Assembly: GCA_963777605.1 (NCBI GenBank) | Contig: CAVZRV010000006.1 | Span: forward strand, 107,648-171,647 | From: an uncultured Acidobacteriota bacterium | Lineage (GTDB): Bacteria; Acidobacteriota; UBA6911; RPQK01; JAPXNP01 | Direction of reading: 5' to 3' | Length of the DNA stretch: 64,000 nucleotides | The notes under the pieces: generated by a model | What the model was told of the DNA's origin: nothing | Database searches by the model: none | Seen by the model: the letters and a program-made list of their open reading frames with translations, nothing else | Made by a program: the position numbers and the translations under genes | Part shown: positions 41,124 to 51,133 of the stretch, one piece after another | Numbering within the stretch: position 1 is the first letter of the stretch | Layout: each line of letters starts with the position of its first letter

Positions 41124-43382
41124 TTGCGAGCACTGGACAAGCTGGAGACGTTCCAATTAGTACAGAAGAGCTTCCCTCGAATTCTGCTTCCGGTAGTGGC
41201 ACTGCTCGTCGCCGGGTGGTTTCTCAGTGCCTGCGGCAATCAGCCATCGCTGTACGTGGCGTCGCGGGAATCGAACGACCTCGTGACTGTTTTGCGGTCG
41301 TCGGGAGTTCCTTTCGTACTTTGTGAACGTCCTGCGATCGCTGTCGAATCCGCTCCCGAAGGAGCAGGTGTTCTCCTGCTGGCCGACCGGTACCCCCTGG
41401 AAACGCTTGTCGCGCCGGAGTCATTACTTCGGACAGCCGACCGCAAGACCCTGCGACTCTTCCTGGAGTATCCCGGAGCCATCGGCGACTTGTCGCTGCC
41501 TCAACCCAGCCAGGATCGGCTTCTGAGAGGGGTCGTCACTTCCGACTTCTTCGGTCCCGACTTGCCACGGTTGAGAATCCTGGCCCTCAATGGAATGCAC
41601 TTTGTCGCCCCGGAAGGCAACAGCTTGAAAACCCACCTTGCGGCTGCCCGGGTGGCGGGCTTTGATCGCGCCGTTTACGGGCTTCCCGAAACCACCTATC
41701 CCCTCCTCTCCGAGGGCTTGCTTTCCGATTTCTACTCAGGCCTGAATTCGAGCTCCGCGCCCCAGATAACGGAAGTCCCTGTCGAGTCCCAACGCGGCAG
41801 AATCCTGGTTGCCGGTACCGGAGTCAGCCATTTTGTCCGCGGACGGTTCGCCCCCCAGCGGGACTGGGGCATTTTCTGGCAACGCATCCTCGAGTGGGCC
41901 GGCGCACGCGACCTTCCCGAACTCAAGTGGGATCACCCGGTAAAGCCGGCGTATGGCCGATTGACGGCCCGTGCCGACGACTCAGAATCGGTCGCCTTTG
42001 CGCGGGGAGTCGACTGGTTCCTGCGAGCCAGGATCATCGCCTCTCCCGGGATACTCGACGAGAGTCGCCGACAGGACGATTTCCTGGTCCCATGGGAGGA
42101 TGCTCCGGCTGCCGGGGACGGGAGCTCCGGGAGTATCGAGGCGGTCATGTCGGTCGTTAACCAGGATGGGGACCAACCCCTGGGCACGGTCCTGCGAGGG
42201 GACTGCATCGCCGAAACTGCCATGGCCCTTGCGGCCGGCGCCGCGATTCTGTCTCGGGATGACTACGCCGCCGTCAGCCGCCGCCTTCTCGACTTCTATC
42301 TGCTCGAGTCGAGGGCAACCAGGGGGGCAAGAGGCGATCTGTCGGCGGGAGCCTACGGGTTGATTGCCTGGGGAATCTCCAATGACGCCTGGTACAAGGC
42401 CAACTACGGCGACGACAACGCCCGCTTGATGCTGGCCACCCTGGCTGCTTCGGCCCTGCTCAAGGAGGACCGCTGGAATGACGTGATCATGCGCTGCCTG
42501 CTGGCCAATCTCCGAACGACCGGACGCAAAGGTTTCAGGACCAGCCGAATCGACCTCGAGGACCTGGCCAGGAACGGATGGCGCCACTATTTCGACGCCT
42601 CTCCCGTCAATCCCGCGCCCCACTTCGAAGCCTACCTCTGGGCCTGCTACCTGCTCGCCTATCAGAAAACCGGTTTCGAACTCTTTCGGGAACGGGCTGA
42701 AAGCGCGATCCGGATCACCATGGACGCCTACCCCGACGGACTGAAGTGGACCAATGGACTGTCCCAGGAAATGGCCCGGATGATTCTGCCGCTCGCCTGG
42801 CTGGTCCGGGTCTCGGACACCCCGGAAAATCGGGCAATGCTGAAGCGGGCTCTTGATCCCCTCTTGAAACTTCAGGACACCAGTGGGGCGATCCGTGAAT
42901 TCCTCGGGGACCCGAAAAACGGCAAATACCCGCCTCCCGCCAGTAACGAGGACTACGGCCGAAACGAGGCATCACTGATTGCCGAGAACGGTGACCCCGT
43001 CAGCGATCTTCTCTACACCGTCAACTTTGCATTCCTCGGCTTGAACGAGGCAGCGCGAGCAACGGGAGACCCGGAAATCCGAGCCTCCTGCGACCGTCTG
43101 GCCGACTTCCTGGTGCGCATCCAGGTCAGTTCGGAACGCTATCCGTACCTGGACGGCGGGTGGTTCAGGGCATTCGACTTCGGCAGGTGGGAGTTTTACG
43201 CCAGCAACGCCGACATCGGGTGGGGTGCCTGGTGTATCGAAAGCGGCTGGACCCAGGGTTGGATCACCGCAGTCCTGGGCCTCCGGCAACTGGACGTTTC
43301 ACTTTGGGATCTGGCGATCCAGCCCCGCATCGAGCATCGGTTCCAGGAACTCAGAACCTCCATGCTGCCTGGAATTGAGTAA
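41124..43382 (+). CDS. hypothetical lipoprotein with probable (alpha/alpha)-barrel glycosidase-like domain
   Basis: Lipobox LSAC; Trp/Asp-rich C-terminus (YGDDNAR, WTNGLSQE.AR, IESGWTQGW). The fold is inferred. Confidence 0.75.
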   Translation: MRALDKLETFQLVQKSFPRILLPVVALLVAGWFLSACGNQPSLYVASRESNDLVTVLRSSGVPFVLCERPAIAVESAPEGAGVLLLADRYPLETLVAPESLLRTADRKTLRLFLEYPGAIGDLSLPQPSQDRLLRGVVTSDFFGPDLPRLRILALNGMHFVAPEGNSLKTHLAAARVAGFDRAVYGLPETTYPLLSEGLLSDFYSGLNSSSAPQITEVPVESQRGRILVAGTGVSHFVRGRFAPQRDWGIFWQRILEWAGARDLPELKWDHPVKPAYGRLTARADDSESVAFARGVDWFLRARIIASPGILDESRRQDDFLVPWEDAPAAGDGSSGSIEAVMSVVNQDGDQPLGTVLRGDCIAETAMALAAGAAILSRDDYAAVSRRLLDFYLLESRATRGARGDLSAGAYGLIAWGISNDAWYKANYGDDNARLMLATLAASALLKEDRWNDVIMRCLLANLRTTGRKGFRTSRIDLEDLARNGWRHYFDASPVNPAPHFEAYLWACYLLAYQKTGFELFRERAESAIRITMDAYPDGLKWTNGLSQEMARMILPLAWLVRVSDTPENRAMLKRALDPLLKLQDTSGAIREFLGDPKNGKYPPPASNEDYGRNEASLIAENGDPVSDLLYTVNFAFLGLNEAARATGDPEIRASCDRLADFLVRIQVSSERYPYLDGGWFRAFDFGRWEFYASNADIGWGAWCIESGWTQGWITAVLGLRQLDVSLWDLAIQPRIEHRFQELRTSMLPGIE

Positions 43383-43518
43383 TCGGAGCTCACTCCGCAT
43401 TGCTCGAGCAGTTCGACTGCCCGATCCACGGCATACCCCTTTGCGACTTCGCGTTTGGAAAGAAGGCTCGGGAATGGAGTTTCCCGTTACGGGCGCGTCG
43501 CGAATTGAGCAGAGGCGT

Positions 43519-43679
43519 CCTTAAGGCAAGGTCAGGACCGCGGGTTCGAGGCTGGACTGCTGAGTGCTGGGGCCTATCGCACGGAAGGCCCGACAGACTC
43601 CAGCAGGTCCTGGGCTCGGGCTGGCATCGAGGGGGTAGTCACGCAGGAGCTCGACCGAAACGCCAACCTTGCCTTGAGG
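43519..43679. other. ~160-bp structured element with 14-bp terminal inverted repeats (MITE-like or ncRNA)
   Basis: CCTTAAGGCAAGGT ... ACCTTGCCTTGAGG enclosing a long internal hairpin. Confidence 0.55.
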
Positions 43680-43682
43680 TGT

Positions 43683-43988
43683 TCAACCCCATTTCTCGCC
43701 AAGTTCGTCCAAACCGGCTTTCTCCAAATCTTCCGGCGTCATCGCGATGCGGAAGCGGCATTCGGCATTGAAGTTCAGAAAGAACGGTTCTGCGATCACC
43801 GGGATCTGGGAAGGGTCATTCACGTCGAGAACGAGAAGCGCCCCTCGTCTACCGTGTTCTTCTGTGAAATAGACCAGTTCCGGCTTGAGTTCGTCGAGAA
43901 TTTTTCGAAAGATCGAACCCACCCTTTTTGTCCGCACCAGGGTGTTGAACGGTTCGTGTGGCATCGCAACGCTGACTAACATTCGCAT
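43683..43988 (-). CDS. small conserved-looking hypothetical protein (GYD/DUF3303-like)
   Basis: MRMLV..PHEPFN..KPELVYFTE.HG.RG..AEPFFL.FNA..MTPEDL; RBS GAGGAG. Confidence 0.8.
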   Translation of the reverse strand: MRMLVSVAMPHEPFNTLVRTKRVGSIFRKILDELKPELVYFTEEHGRRGALLVLDVNDPSQIPVIAEPFFLNFNAECRFRIAMTPEDLEKAGLDELGEKWG

Positions 43989-44178
43989 GTCTTGTGTCTC
44001 CTCTGAGTTGAGGGTCCCAGATTCGGGGTCAGAGCCGATTTCTTCTCTGCGGCACTTCGTCAAAGCGACTCAGCTTGACGGAGATGAGGCGGGAAAGAGG
44101 CCCTCGACTATCCAGCCGAAAAGAGGGGCCAAATCTGTTGTTGCCTATATTGTACGCTTCCATGTTGAATGAAGCCTG

Positions 44179-45546
44179 ATGAGAAGTTTGCCGAACGAGA
44201 CTGAACACACGGAACTGCAAAGCTGGAAAGGAGTCGCTTCCTTTCTGGGGGTCTCGGTTCGCACTGCTCAAAAATGGGAGACAGACCTCGGACTTCCCGT
44301 TCACAGGATGGGAGCGGGACCCGGCTCTCGCGTCATGGCTTTCAGCGATGAACTGGAACAGTGGAAAGTCCGGATCGCCAGCGAAACGGCACAGCGGAAA
44401 GGGAAAGAAGAGCCGGCAGCACCGGCTCGAAGGCGGCGGCTCCCCTGGCTGATTCTTCTTTCTATCATTGTGGTCGCGATCGCAGTTGCCATCGCGGTCT
44501 ACGTCAGCCATGCCCGGGCCAAACCATCCCAGTGGTCGCTCGAAAGGGACACCTTCCAGGTCATGGACCCGCAGGGAACGGTTCTTTGGTCTTTGCAGTT
44601 GCCCGCCGTGGAACCGGACCTCTACGAAAGGCCGATGCGTCGTCTCGGAGATGCGTGGCTTTCAGAAAATGCCCGCATCGACGATTTTGACGGGAATGGT
44701 TCGCCGGAACTGATTCTCATCGTGCGCCAACCTGGAATCAGTGACGAGCTACGCTGCTACGACGCGGCAGGTGAACCGCGCTGGACGTTCCAGTTTGGTC
44801 GAGATCGCCACGTGGGATCGCGCTTCTTCGAAAATGTCTACCTTGGTCGGCTCTTTATCGGTCCACTTCTCGGCCGAGACGGGCGGCGATACGTCCTGGC
44901 TTACGGAGAGCAGGGTGGCTTTTATCCCGCGCAGCTCGTCCTCCTTGATGCTTCCGACGGAACGGTTTGCTCCGAGTACTGGCATCCGGGCTACATGAGC
45001 AGGTATTCGTTTCTGCTGGAGGACCTCGACGGAGACGGGTTCAGGGAGCTGATGGCCGGGGGCTTCAACAATCCCGAGCAGGGACCCGGTTACGCCGCTC
45101 TAGTCGTCCTTGGTATTCCGTTCAAGAAACCCCAACCGGAGATCAGGAACATCTTTGGGGATCCGGCGGGCCAGGAAGAAGCATACCTCCTCTTCTCCAG
45201 GCCGGATATCTGGAATGTGAAAGAAGAGACCCCGTTTCTGAACGAACTCTTTCCAGCCGACGGGACTCACTTCCGTGCGACGATTTTTGCCGCCTCGGGA
45301 GACAGTCACTACCGGCTACTACTCGATCGCCAGCTGAATGTCGTCGAAGCGAGAGCGGGAGATCAACTGGCTCGCATTCACCAGGATCTCTACCTGCAGG
45401 GGCTCCTCGATCACAAACTGAATGAATCAGAAGTCGAATCCTGGAAGCGGGTCCTGCACTTCCGTTCAGCACCCAACGGCAACGGCCCGGAAGTGAGACT
45501 CCTCTGGGAGAAGGGAGACAGCACTTCCAACGCAACGCAGAATTGA
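44179..45546 (+). CDS. membrane-anchored regulator: N-terminal HTH, one TM helix, extracytoplasmic FG-GAP-like propeller
   Basis: LQSWKGVASFLGVSVRTAQKWETDLGLPVHR; TM LPWLILLSIIVVAIAVAIAVYV; DFDGNG and DLDGDG motifs. Confidence 0.82.
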   Translation: MRSLPNETEHTELQSWKGVASFLGVSVRTAQKWETDLGLPVHRMGAGPGSRVMAFSDELEQWKVRIASETAQRKGKEEPAAPARRRRLPWLILLSIIVVAIAVAIAVYVSHARAKPSQWSLERDTFQVMDPQGTVLWSLQLPAVEPDLYERPMRRLGDAWLSENARIDDFDGNGSPELILIVRQPGISDELRCYDAAGEPRWTFQFGRDRHVGSRFFENVYLGRLFIGPLLGRDGRRYVLAYGEQGGFYPAQLVLLDASDGTVCSEYWHPGYMSRYSFLLEDLDGDGFRELMAGGFNNPEQGPGYAALVVLGIPFKKPQPEIRNIFGDPAGQEEAYLLFSRPDIWNVKEETPFLNELFPADGTHFRATIFAASGDSHYRLLLDRQLNVVEARAGDQLARIHQDLYLQGLLDHKLNESEVESWKRVLHFRSAPNGNGPEVRLLWEKGDSTSNATQN

Positions 45547-45576
45547 GAGGATCACAGGCGACGGACACCGCCATCA

Positions 45577-45592
45577 GAAATCTAAAGATTTC
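45577..45592. promoter_or_regulatory. palindrome, candidate operator
   Basis: GAAATCT-AA-AGATTTC, perfect 7-bp arms. Confidence 0.5.
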
Positions 45593-45603
45593 GCCGCCTC
45601 TCG

Positions 45604-45619
45604 GGGCAGAATCGTTGCA
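45604..45619 (+). promoter_or_regulatory. candidate sigma54 (-24/-12) promoter
   Basis: GGGCAGAATCGTTGCA, i.e. GG-N10-GC with TTGCA. Confidence 0.45.
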
Positions 45620-45679
45620 ATTCTCACAAGCTGATTGAGATGTGGACAATCGGGCGACCTCTCACCCGTGTGCACTGGC

Positions 45680-45800
45680 ATGAAAAACATGGCAACCCTG
45701 ATCGCGGCAGGATTCATTCTCACGTCCTTCGGTCACGGAAATCCTCAACCCTCTGATCAGATGGTCAGTGTCGGGTCTCATCGGCTCCAGTCCGAGTCAT
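45680..45800 (+). pseudogene. remnant of a secreted protein N-terminus (possibly alpha/beta hydrolase)
   Basis: MKNMATLIAAGFILTSFG...MVSVGSHRLQ, then the sequence degenerates. Confidence 0.35.
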
Positions 45801-46260
45801 GGGGAGTGGGCCCGCTACCGTCGGCATCGATTCCGGGCTCGCGGATCGACTGGCCGGGAAGATGGCACACTCATCGAGAAGTGATTCGAACGGTCTCCGC
45901 GCGCCTTGGTTTCGCCCTCCGGAGCGCGTCAAAGTCACCAGCGCGTAAAGCATGCCCACAGCGACAGCAGGATCCTGGCTTCCGCGAGGGTGAGGGGCCG
46001 TTCGAGTCGGGACAGGTTCGATCCGGATGTCGCGTTCGAGGGGGAGCTTCTAGTGATTTTTGTCATTTGCCGTTACCGTAGACTTGCGGCCTGGGTGGCA
46101 GTGCCTGGCTGACGTGAATCGTTTACCGGTGTTGATTGATGTGATGAGTTTGGACGCCTCTTATCGTCTCGATGAATTGATGGGAGGTCGCACCGATTTG
46201 GACGGTTACATGAGAGGCCGGGAACCTGGAATACAAGCAGAAATTGAATGGAGTTGAACA

Positions 46261-48561
46261 ATGATCACAACATCGGCCGACAATGGGAGTCTCTCACCAT
46301 GGTGGAGGCACTCAGCCATTCTCGTGATGATCGCCGGCTTTTCGGTTCTTTCCCTCGTTACCGTCTTGACCTATACGAACGCTCCGCCCATCCCCGAGCA
46401 GGTTACGGATGGAACGGGGACCGTGGTGTTTACCAAGGCCGATATCCTGAAGGGCCAGGGAGTCTTTCTCAAGTACGGCCTCATGGAGCACGGGAGCCTC
46501 TGGGGTCACGGGGCTTACCTGGGTCCGGACTACAGCGCGGAGTACCTGCACCGGCTCAGCGAAGTGACACGGGACACGATTGCGAACGAGCAGTACGGAA
46601 AGCCCTTCGCGCAACTTACCCCGGACGAACAGAGCGCGGCATCTGCGCGGACGATCACGGTGCTCAAGGAAAACCGTTACGAGCCGGCATCCCAAACTCT
46701 CCGGTTCTCGCCGGGCGAGGTGGCTGCCTACCAGACCCAGCTTCCAGAATGGAGTGACTACTTCACCCGAAAGGACGCCGCTCCGGGGCTTGCGGCCGGG
46801 TCGATTCAGAACCCTGGCGAGATTGAGGCTCTGACGGCGTATTTCGCCTGGGCGGCCTGGGCTACCACGGCGAATCGCCCTGGGAAGGACTACTCGTACA
46901 CCAATAATTGGCCGTACGAGCCCATCGCCGGCAACCGTCCTTCTACCGAGGCCTATGTCTGGAGCGCCATGAGTCTGATCACTCTCCTCGCGGGGCTCGG
47001 GTTGATCCTCTTCGTCGTCGGCAAGTTCGACTACCTGGGCTGGAAGGGCGAGAGTGCCGGTTCCGAGGATATGCCGACTGCCTTATCACGGCCCCAAGTG
47101 TCTCTGCCTGCGTTGCAGCTCACACCCAGCCAGTGGGCTACGGGGTGGTTTTTCGGCATCGTGGCTCTGCTGTTCCTGGCCCAGTCCTTTCTGGGCGGAG
47201 CACTCGCGCACTATCGGGTCGAGTCCGGAGCCTTTTACGGGCTTGACCTGGCTCGCTGGCTACCCTATAACCTGGCTCGCACCTGGCACCTGCAACTTGC
47301 CATCTTCTGGATTGCTACTGCGTGGGTGGGTGGCGGCCTTTTCCTGGCTTCGTGGGTCGGCGGCAGTGAGCCCAGACGCCAGAAGCTGGGAGTGTACGCG
47401 CTCCTCGGTGCGCTGGTGGTGGTAGTCGTTGGCAGCATGGCGGGAGAGGCGCTCGGTATCAACGACAAGCTCGGCCAGGCCTGGTTTTGGTTCGGCCACC
47501 AGGGCTCCGAGTACCTGGATCTGGGGCGGTTCTGGCAGCTCCTGCTGGCCGCTGGCCTCCTCTTCTGGCTCTGGCTGATGTTTCGTGCTCTCAAACCCGC
47601 GTTCAAGAGCCCTGACAAGCGCCAACTGTCCTCACTCTTTCTCTATGCAGCTGTGGCCATCCCTGTCTTCTACCTGCCCGCCCTTTTCTATGGCCCGGAG
47701 ACCAACTTCGCCATCATCGACAACTGGCGCTTCTGGATCATTCATCTCTGGGTGGAGGGATTCTTCGAGATCTTCGCGACGGTCCTGGTGGCCATCATGT
47801 TCCACCAGATGGGAGTCGTCAGCAGCAAGACCGTCACGCGCCTGATCTACCTGGACGTTATCCTGTATCTCAGCGGCGGGATCATCGGCACGGGCCACCA
47901 TTGGTACTTTACCGGGCAGGGAACCCTCAACATGGGGCTGGCAGCATGCTTCTCCGCTCTGGAAGTCGTGCCCCTGACGCTGCTGACTCTGGACGCCTGG
48001 GATTTCATCAAGCTGAGTAAGGCGGAGGGCCCCACCGATCTGGTCTCGAGCCAGAAGTGGTCGATCTACTTCCTCATGGCGGTGGGAGTCTGGAACTTCG
48101 TTGGCGCGGGGATCTTCGGTTTCCTGATCAACCTGCCGATCGTGTCCTACTTCGAGGTGGGCACGACGCTCACTGCCAACCACGGACACGCGGCCATGTT
48201 CGGTGTCTTCGGAATGTTGGCGCTGGCGGTCCTGGTCTTCTGTTTGAGAGCGATGCAATCCGACAGCACCTGGAAGGGGACGGAGAAGTTCATCCGAGTG
48301 GGCTTCTGGGGCGCCAACGCGGGCCTCGCCCTGATGGTGATCCTGGATCTGTTTCCGGGAGGAGTCATCCAACTCTGGGATTCCATTGCCAACGGGTATT
48401 GGCACGCGCGCCGCCTGACCTTTCTAATGGGCGGTACCTTCCACAAGCTGGAGTGGATTCGCCTGGTAGGCGATACTGTTTTTCTCCTCGCCGGTGCCCT
48501 GCCCATCACGCTGGCTGCCCTGCGCAGCGTGTGGAAAAGGGACCTCGCCCCCTCGAAGTGA
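46261..48561 (+). CDS. norB: quinol-dependent nitric oxide reductase (qNOR)
   Basis: GSLWGHGAYLGPDYSAE, YTNNWP, RTWHLQLAIFW, HLWVEGFFE, GTGHHWY, SALEVVPL, NHGHAA; 766 aa with fused N-terminal domain. Confidence 0.96.
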   Translation: MITTSADNGSLSPWWRHSAILVMIAGFSVLSLVTVLTYTNAPPIPEQVTDGTGTVVFTKADILKGQGVFLKYGLMEHGSLWGHGAYLGPDYSAEYLHRLSEVTRDTIANEQYGKPFAQLTPDEQSAASARTITVLKENRYEPASQTLRFSPGEVAAYQTQLPEWSDYFTRKDAAPGLAAGSIQNPGEIEALTAYFAWAAWATTANRPGKDYSYTNNWPYEPIAGNRPSTEAYVWSAMSLITLLAGLGLILFVVGKFDYLGWKGESAGSEDMPTALSRPQVSLPALQLTPSQWATGWFFGIVALLFLAQSFLGGALAHYRVESGAFYGLDLARWLPYNLARTWHLQLAIFWIATAWVGGGLFLASWVGGSEPRRQKLGVYALLGALVVVVVGSMAGEALGINDKLGQAWFWFGHQGSEYLDLGRFWQLLLAAGLLFWLWLMFRALKPAFKSPDKRQLSSLFLYAAVAIPVFYLPALFYGPETNFAIIDNWRFWIIHLWVEGFFEIFATVLVAIMFHQMGVVSSKTVTRLIYLDVILYLSGGIIGTGHHWYFTGQGTLNMGLAACFSALEVVPLTLLTLDAWDFIKLSKAEGPTDLVSSQKWSIYFLMAVGVWNFVGAGIFGFLINLPIVSYFEVGTTLTANHGHAAMFGVFGMLALAVLVFCLRAMQSDSTWKGTEKFIRVGFWGANAGLALMVILDLFPGGVIQLWDSIANGYWHARRLTFLMGGTFHKLEWIRLVGDTVFLLAGALPITLAALRSVWKRDLAPSK

Positions 48562-48827
48562 GGACCGTACCTCACTGGAAGACCAAGGGATGTGAAGCCG
48601 AAATACGGTTGGAAAGGGTGTTCGCCTTCGGCAACACGTCCCAGGCTCGGACAAGCCCGGTCCTCGTTGGGAAGCTTCAAACATGGATCCAGTTCGTCCA
48701 TGCGGAGCTTCCCTCCGGTTTCAGCGGCGTCGGAGGTCGGTTTGGCAGTCTTCCTGCCCCCGAAGGAATCGCCAATCTGACAAGCTGGGCTGATGGGCTC
48801 GCTGCCGGGCTCCCCCCGCCGCAGGGT

Positions 48828-49091
48828 CTAATCCGCCTCGCGCAAATGTCCCTTGAACACCGCCACCACCAGGAAGTCGTCCCTCTCGGCGCGGCTCCGA
48901 ACTTGAAAAGCCTGCCTGCGGGCTTGCTCCCCCGCGTCCGCAGCATCTCTCGCGTAAACATGCTCGGTGTAGTAGTCCTCCCTGCATTTCTTGGACAAAT
49001 TCGCCGGGCAACAAATCAAAACGGTGTAGGGTTTCAGTCTTGAGCCAACGGTACCTCGCAGCTTCCCTTCTTCGCGCTGGCTCCGTTCCAC
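48828..49091 (-). CDS. small hypothetical protein of phage/plasmid type
   Basis: LKPYTVL..P..YYTEHV.A..A..ARRQA..DFLVVAVFKGHL; GTG start after a purine-rich RBS. The mobile-element origin is an impression only. Confidence 0.5.
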   Translation of the reverse strand: MERSQREEGKLRGTVGSRLKPYTVLICCPANLSKKCREDYYTEHVYARDAADAGEQARRQAFQVRSRAERDDFLVVAVFKGHLREAD

Positions 49092-49189
49092 ACCCCCTCG
49101 TAAAACGAGTCTCATCCTACCCTCCCCAAGGGTTTACAGAAACGTTATGTGCGGTTGGATGCGGATTGGGGGCGGGAGTTGCGCCGGTA

Positions 49190-50000
49190 TCACCGCCGGA
49201 AAAGCTCGAACAGAGAAAAGCTTGTCACCATCGCATTCAGGTTATGGATTGCGACGGCGACGGCTCCCACCAGAAGCAGTCTCCAGAGACGTTGGGCACC
49301 CAGCCCCAGGGCCGGCAGCAAGAACAGAGAAGGAACCAGGCTCACGACATTCGCGCGCCCCAGATAAGAGCCCGCCGATGCCAGGTTGGTTTCCAAGTCG
49401 GAGCCCGATCCGCGCCTCAGCAACCGTCGGGCAATGTTTCCGCCGCTCACGAAACGAACCATTCGCACATCGTGCCCATACACGTAGAAGAAGCACCAAT
49501 AATCACCCCAGGTCTCGGAATACAGAACCGGGACCCGCTCATTGCGGAAGGCCGCCCGGACAGGATCCGAGAAGAGGACGCCATCTCCGGCCCCAAGGTA
49601 AAGACGGGCAGGCTGGTTGGCCAGTGAGAAGTGCGCGGCCTTTTGCGGTTGAGTGCGGTAATCCTCCCGTACCGCATCGAGCAGACCGGAAAACGACGCC
49701 CCGACGACGACAAGAACGATCAGGAGCAGCGAGATGCGACTCACGATCCTGAAGACTGCCTGCCCTCTCAGAAACAAAAGGAGGGCGCACATGAGCACGA
49801 CCAGAGGAACGGGCAGGAAATCCCACTGGCGAGAGAGGACCGCCAGGGAAAGGAAGATGCCGAGCATTGCCGCGCCCAGTGGGGGCAGCCGCTTCTCCGC
49901 CTCCACCTTCAGCACGAGATAGATGTGAGCGCTCGCCCGGTTGAAGCATCTCCTCTTCAAGCCTCACGACGACTCCGTCCACTGGCGGACCAATCGTGAA
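49190..50000 (-). pseudogene. fragment of a multi-TM membrane protein (glycosyltransferase-like)
   Basis: Hydrophobic stretches and LYSETWGDYW; no clean start or end. Confidence 0.4.
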
Positions 50001-50196
50001 TACGCCTTGCTCAGTGTCGAAATCAAGCGAAGCAGTGGCTGCCAGAACACAGTGGCTAAACCAAGGCTGGCGAGGAAGGCTCGACGGTCGATCTGGATAC
50101 CTCACCGCTGCTCAAGTGGTTCCTGGGCGGTTAACGCAACCTGGACGGTGAAGTCGCATCGTTTCCGGCTAGGAGTGCCTAAATCGGGTTGAGCGG

Positions 50197-50238
50197 AAAA
50201 AAAACAGCCGCAGCGACCGTTCAATCACCGCGGCTGTT
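50197..50238 (-). terminator. Rho-independent terminator of the PEP-CTERM gene
   Basis: AACAGCCGC...GCGGCTGTT stem followed by T8 on the minus strand. Confidence 0.75.
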
Positions 50239-50249
50239 ATTGGGGTTCT

Positions 50250-50915
50250 TCACTGACGGCGGCGTTTTATGTGAGATGAAACCAGCCCGACCATGCCGAT
50301 CCCAAGCAGCACGAGGCCCGACGGCTCCGGAACCGATGTAACCGTTCCCTCGTAAAGCAATCCGAACGGGTTTGAATCGGTCGTTGTCCCAGTCCCGACT
50401 TGGAAGGCTTCAAACGTTATCGTGTGCAAACCATCCGTCACGAAGGTGAAATTGATCAGGCCAAACTCATCCGGTTCACAGCCAACTGGACCATTTGCAC
50501 AAGTGCTCTGAGTAAAGTTCGGGGCGTAAACTTCCACGCCATCGATGAGGACGCGTGAAGTGTCGTCAGTCCAGACAGCCAAGTTCAGCGTCGATCCTGC
50601 CGCCGCGTTAAAGGTCTCAACTACCGTCATTACGACAGCGGTGCCAGCGTATGGTGCGAGAGTTCCCCCTCCGACACCAGTTTGCGCGTAGGAGATCCAC
50701 ACTGCACCAGATTCTCCCACGCCATTATGATTCGGTTCCCAAGCTGAATGGACGCCGATCGCCACTGCACCTCCGGCCGGAATACTACCTGGCGCATTGA
50801 CATACGTTATCGTGTCGCTCGGATTCGAGATGATCACCACCGGATCAGCCAAGACGGTTCCGAAACTGATGAGTAGGGCAGAAATGACGATCGCCAGAAC
50901 GATGGAAGATTTCAT
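50250..50915 (-). CDS. PEP-CTERM sorting domain protein
   Basis: Signal peptide; C-terminal VPEPSGLVLLGIGMVGLVSSHIKRRRQ; RBS GAGGA. Confidence 0.93.
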   Translation of the reverse strand: MKSSIVLAIVISALLISFGTVLADPVVIISNPSDTITYVNAPGSIPAGGAVAIGVHSAWEPNHNGVGESGAVWISYAQTGVGGGTLAPYAGTAVVMTVVETFNAAAGSTLNLAVWTDDTSRVLIDGVEVYAPNFTQSTCANGPVGCEPDEFGLINFTFVTDGLHTITFEAFQVGTGTTTDSNPFGLLYEGTVTSVPEPSGLVLLGIGMVGLVSSHIKRRRQ

Positions 50916-50975
50916 TGAGTTCACTTGTCCTCTCCTCGCATTGAGTTCACTTATTCTCTCCTCGGAGATGAGAGC

Positions 50976-50992
50976 ATGCAAGAAGAATGCCA
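50976..50992 (-). promoter_or_regulatory. sigma54 promoter of the PEP-CTERM gene
   Basis: Minus strand TGGCATTCTTCTTGCAT (TGGCA-N6-TTGCA), about 60 bp upstream of the ATG. Confidence 0.8.
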
Positions 50993-51133
50993 GCAACTGC
51001 GCCGCTTCCCAGCCCATAACGCTAAATCCTAGAGCGTAAATAGTTTCCCGAGTCGAGATTCACTGCACTTGCCAGTTGATACCGGGGGTGGGTTCCGAGA
51101 CCTTAACTGTTGTGGTTTCGATTAATCGGAAAC

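Noticed and set aside
43530-43555. SRP RNA (GGTCAGGACCG resembles domain IV)
   Set aside because: The GNRA loop and the following GGAAGCAG conserved strand are missing.
46132-46146. FNR/DNR box upstream of qNOR (TTGAT...)
   Set aside because: Only one half-site matches; the second half is not ATCAA-like.
46261-48561. Possible NO dismutase (Nod)
   Set aside because: The active-site motifs are canonical qNOR (HLWVEGFFE, GTGHH), without the Nod-type substitutions.
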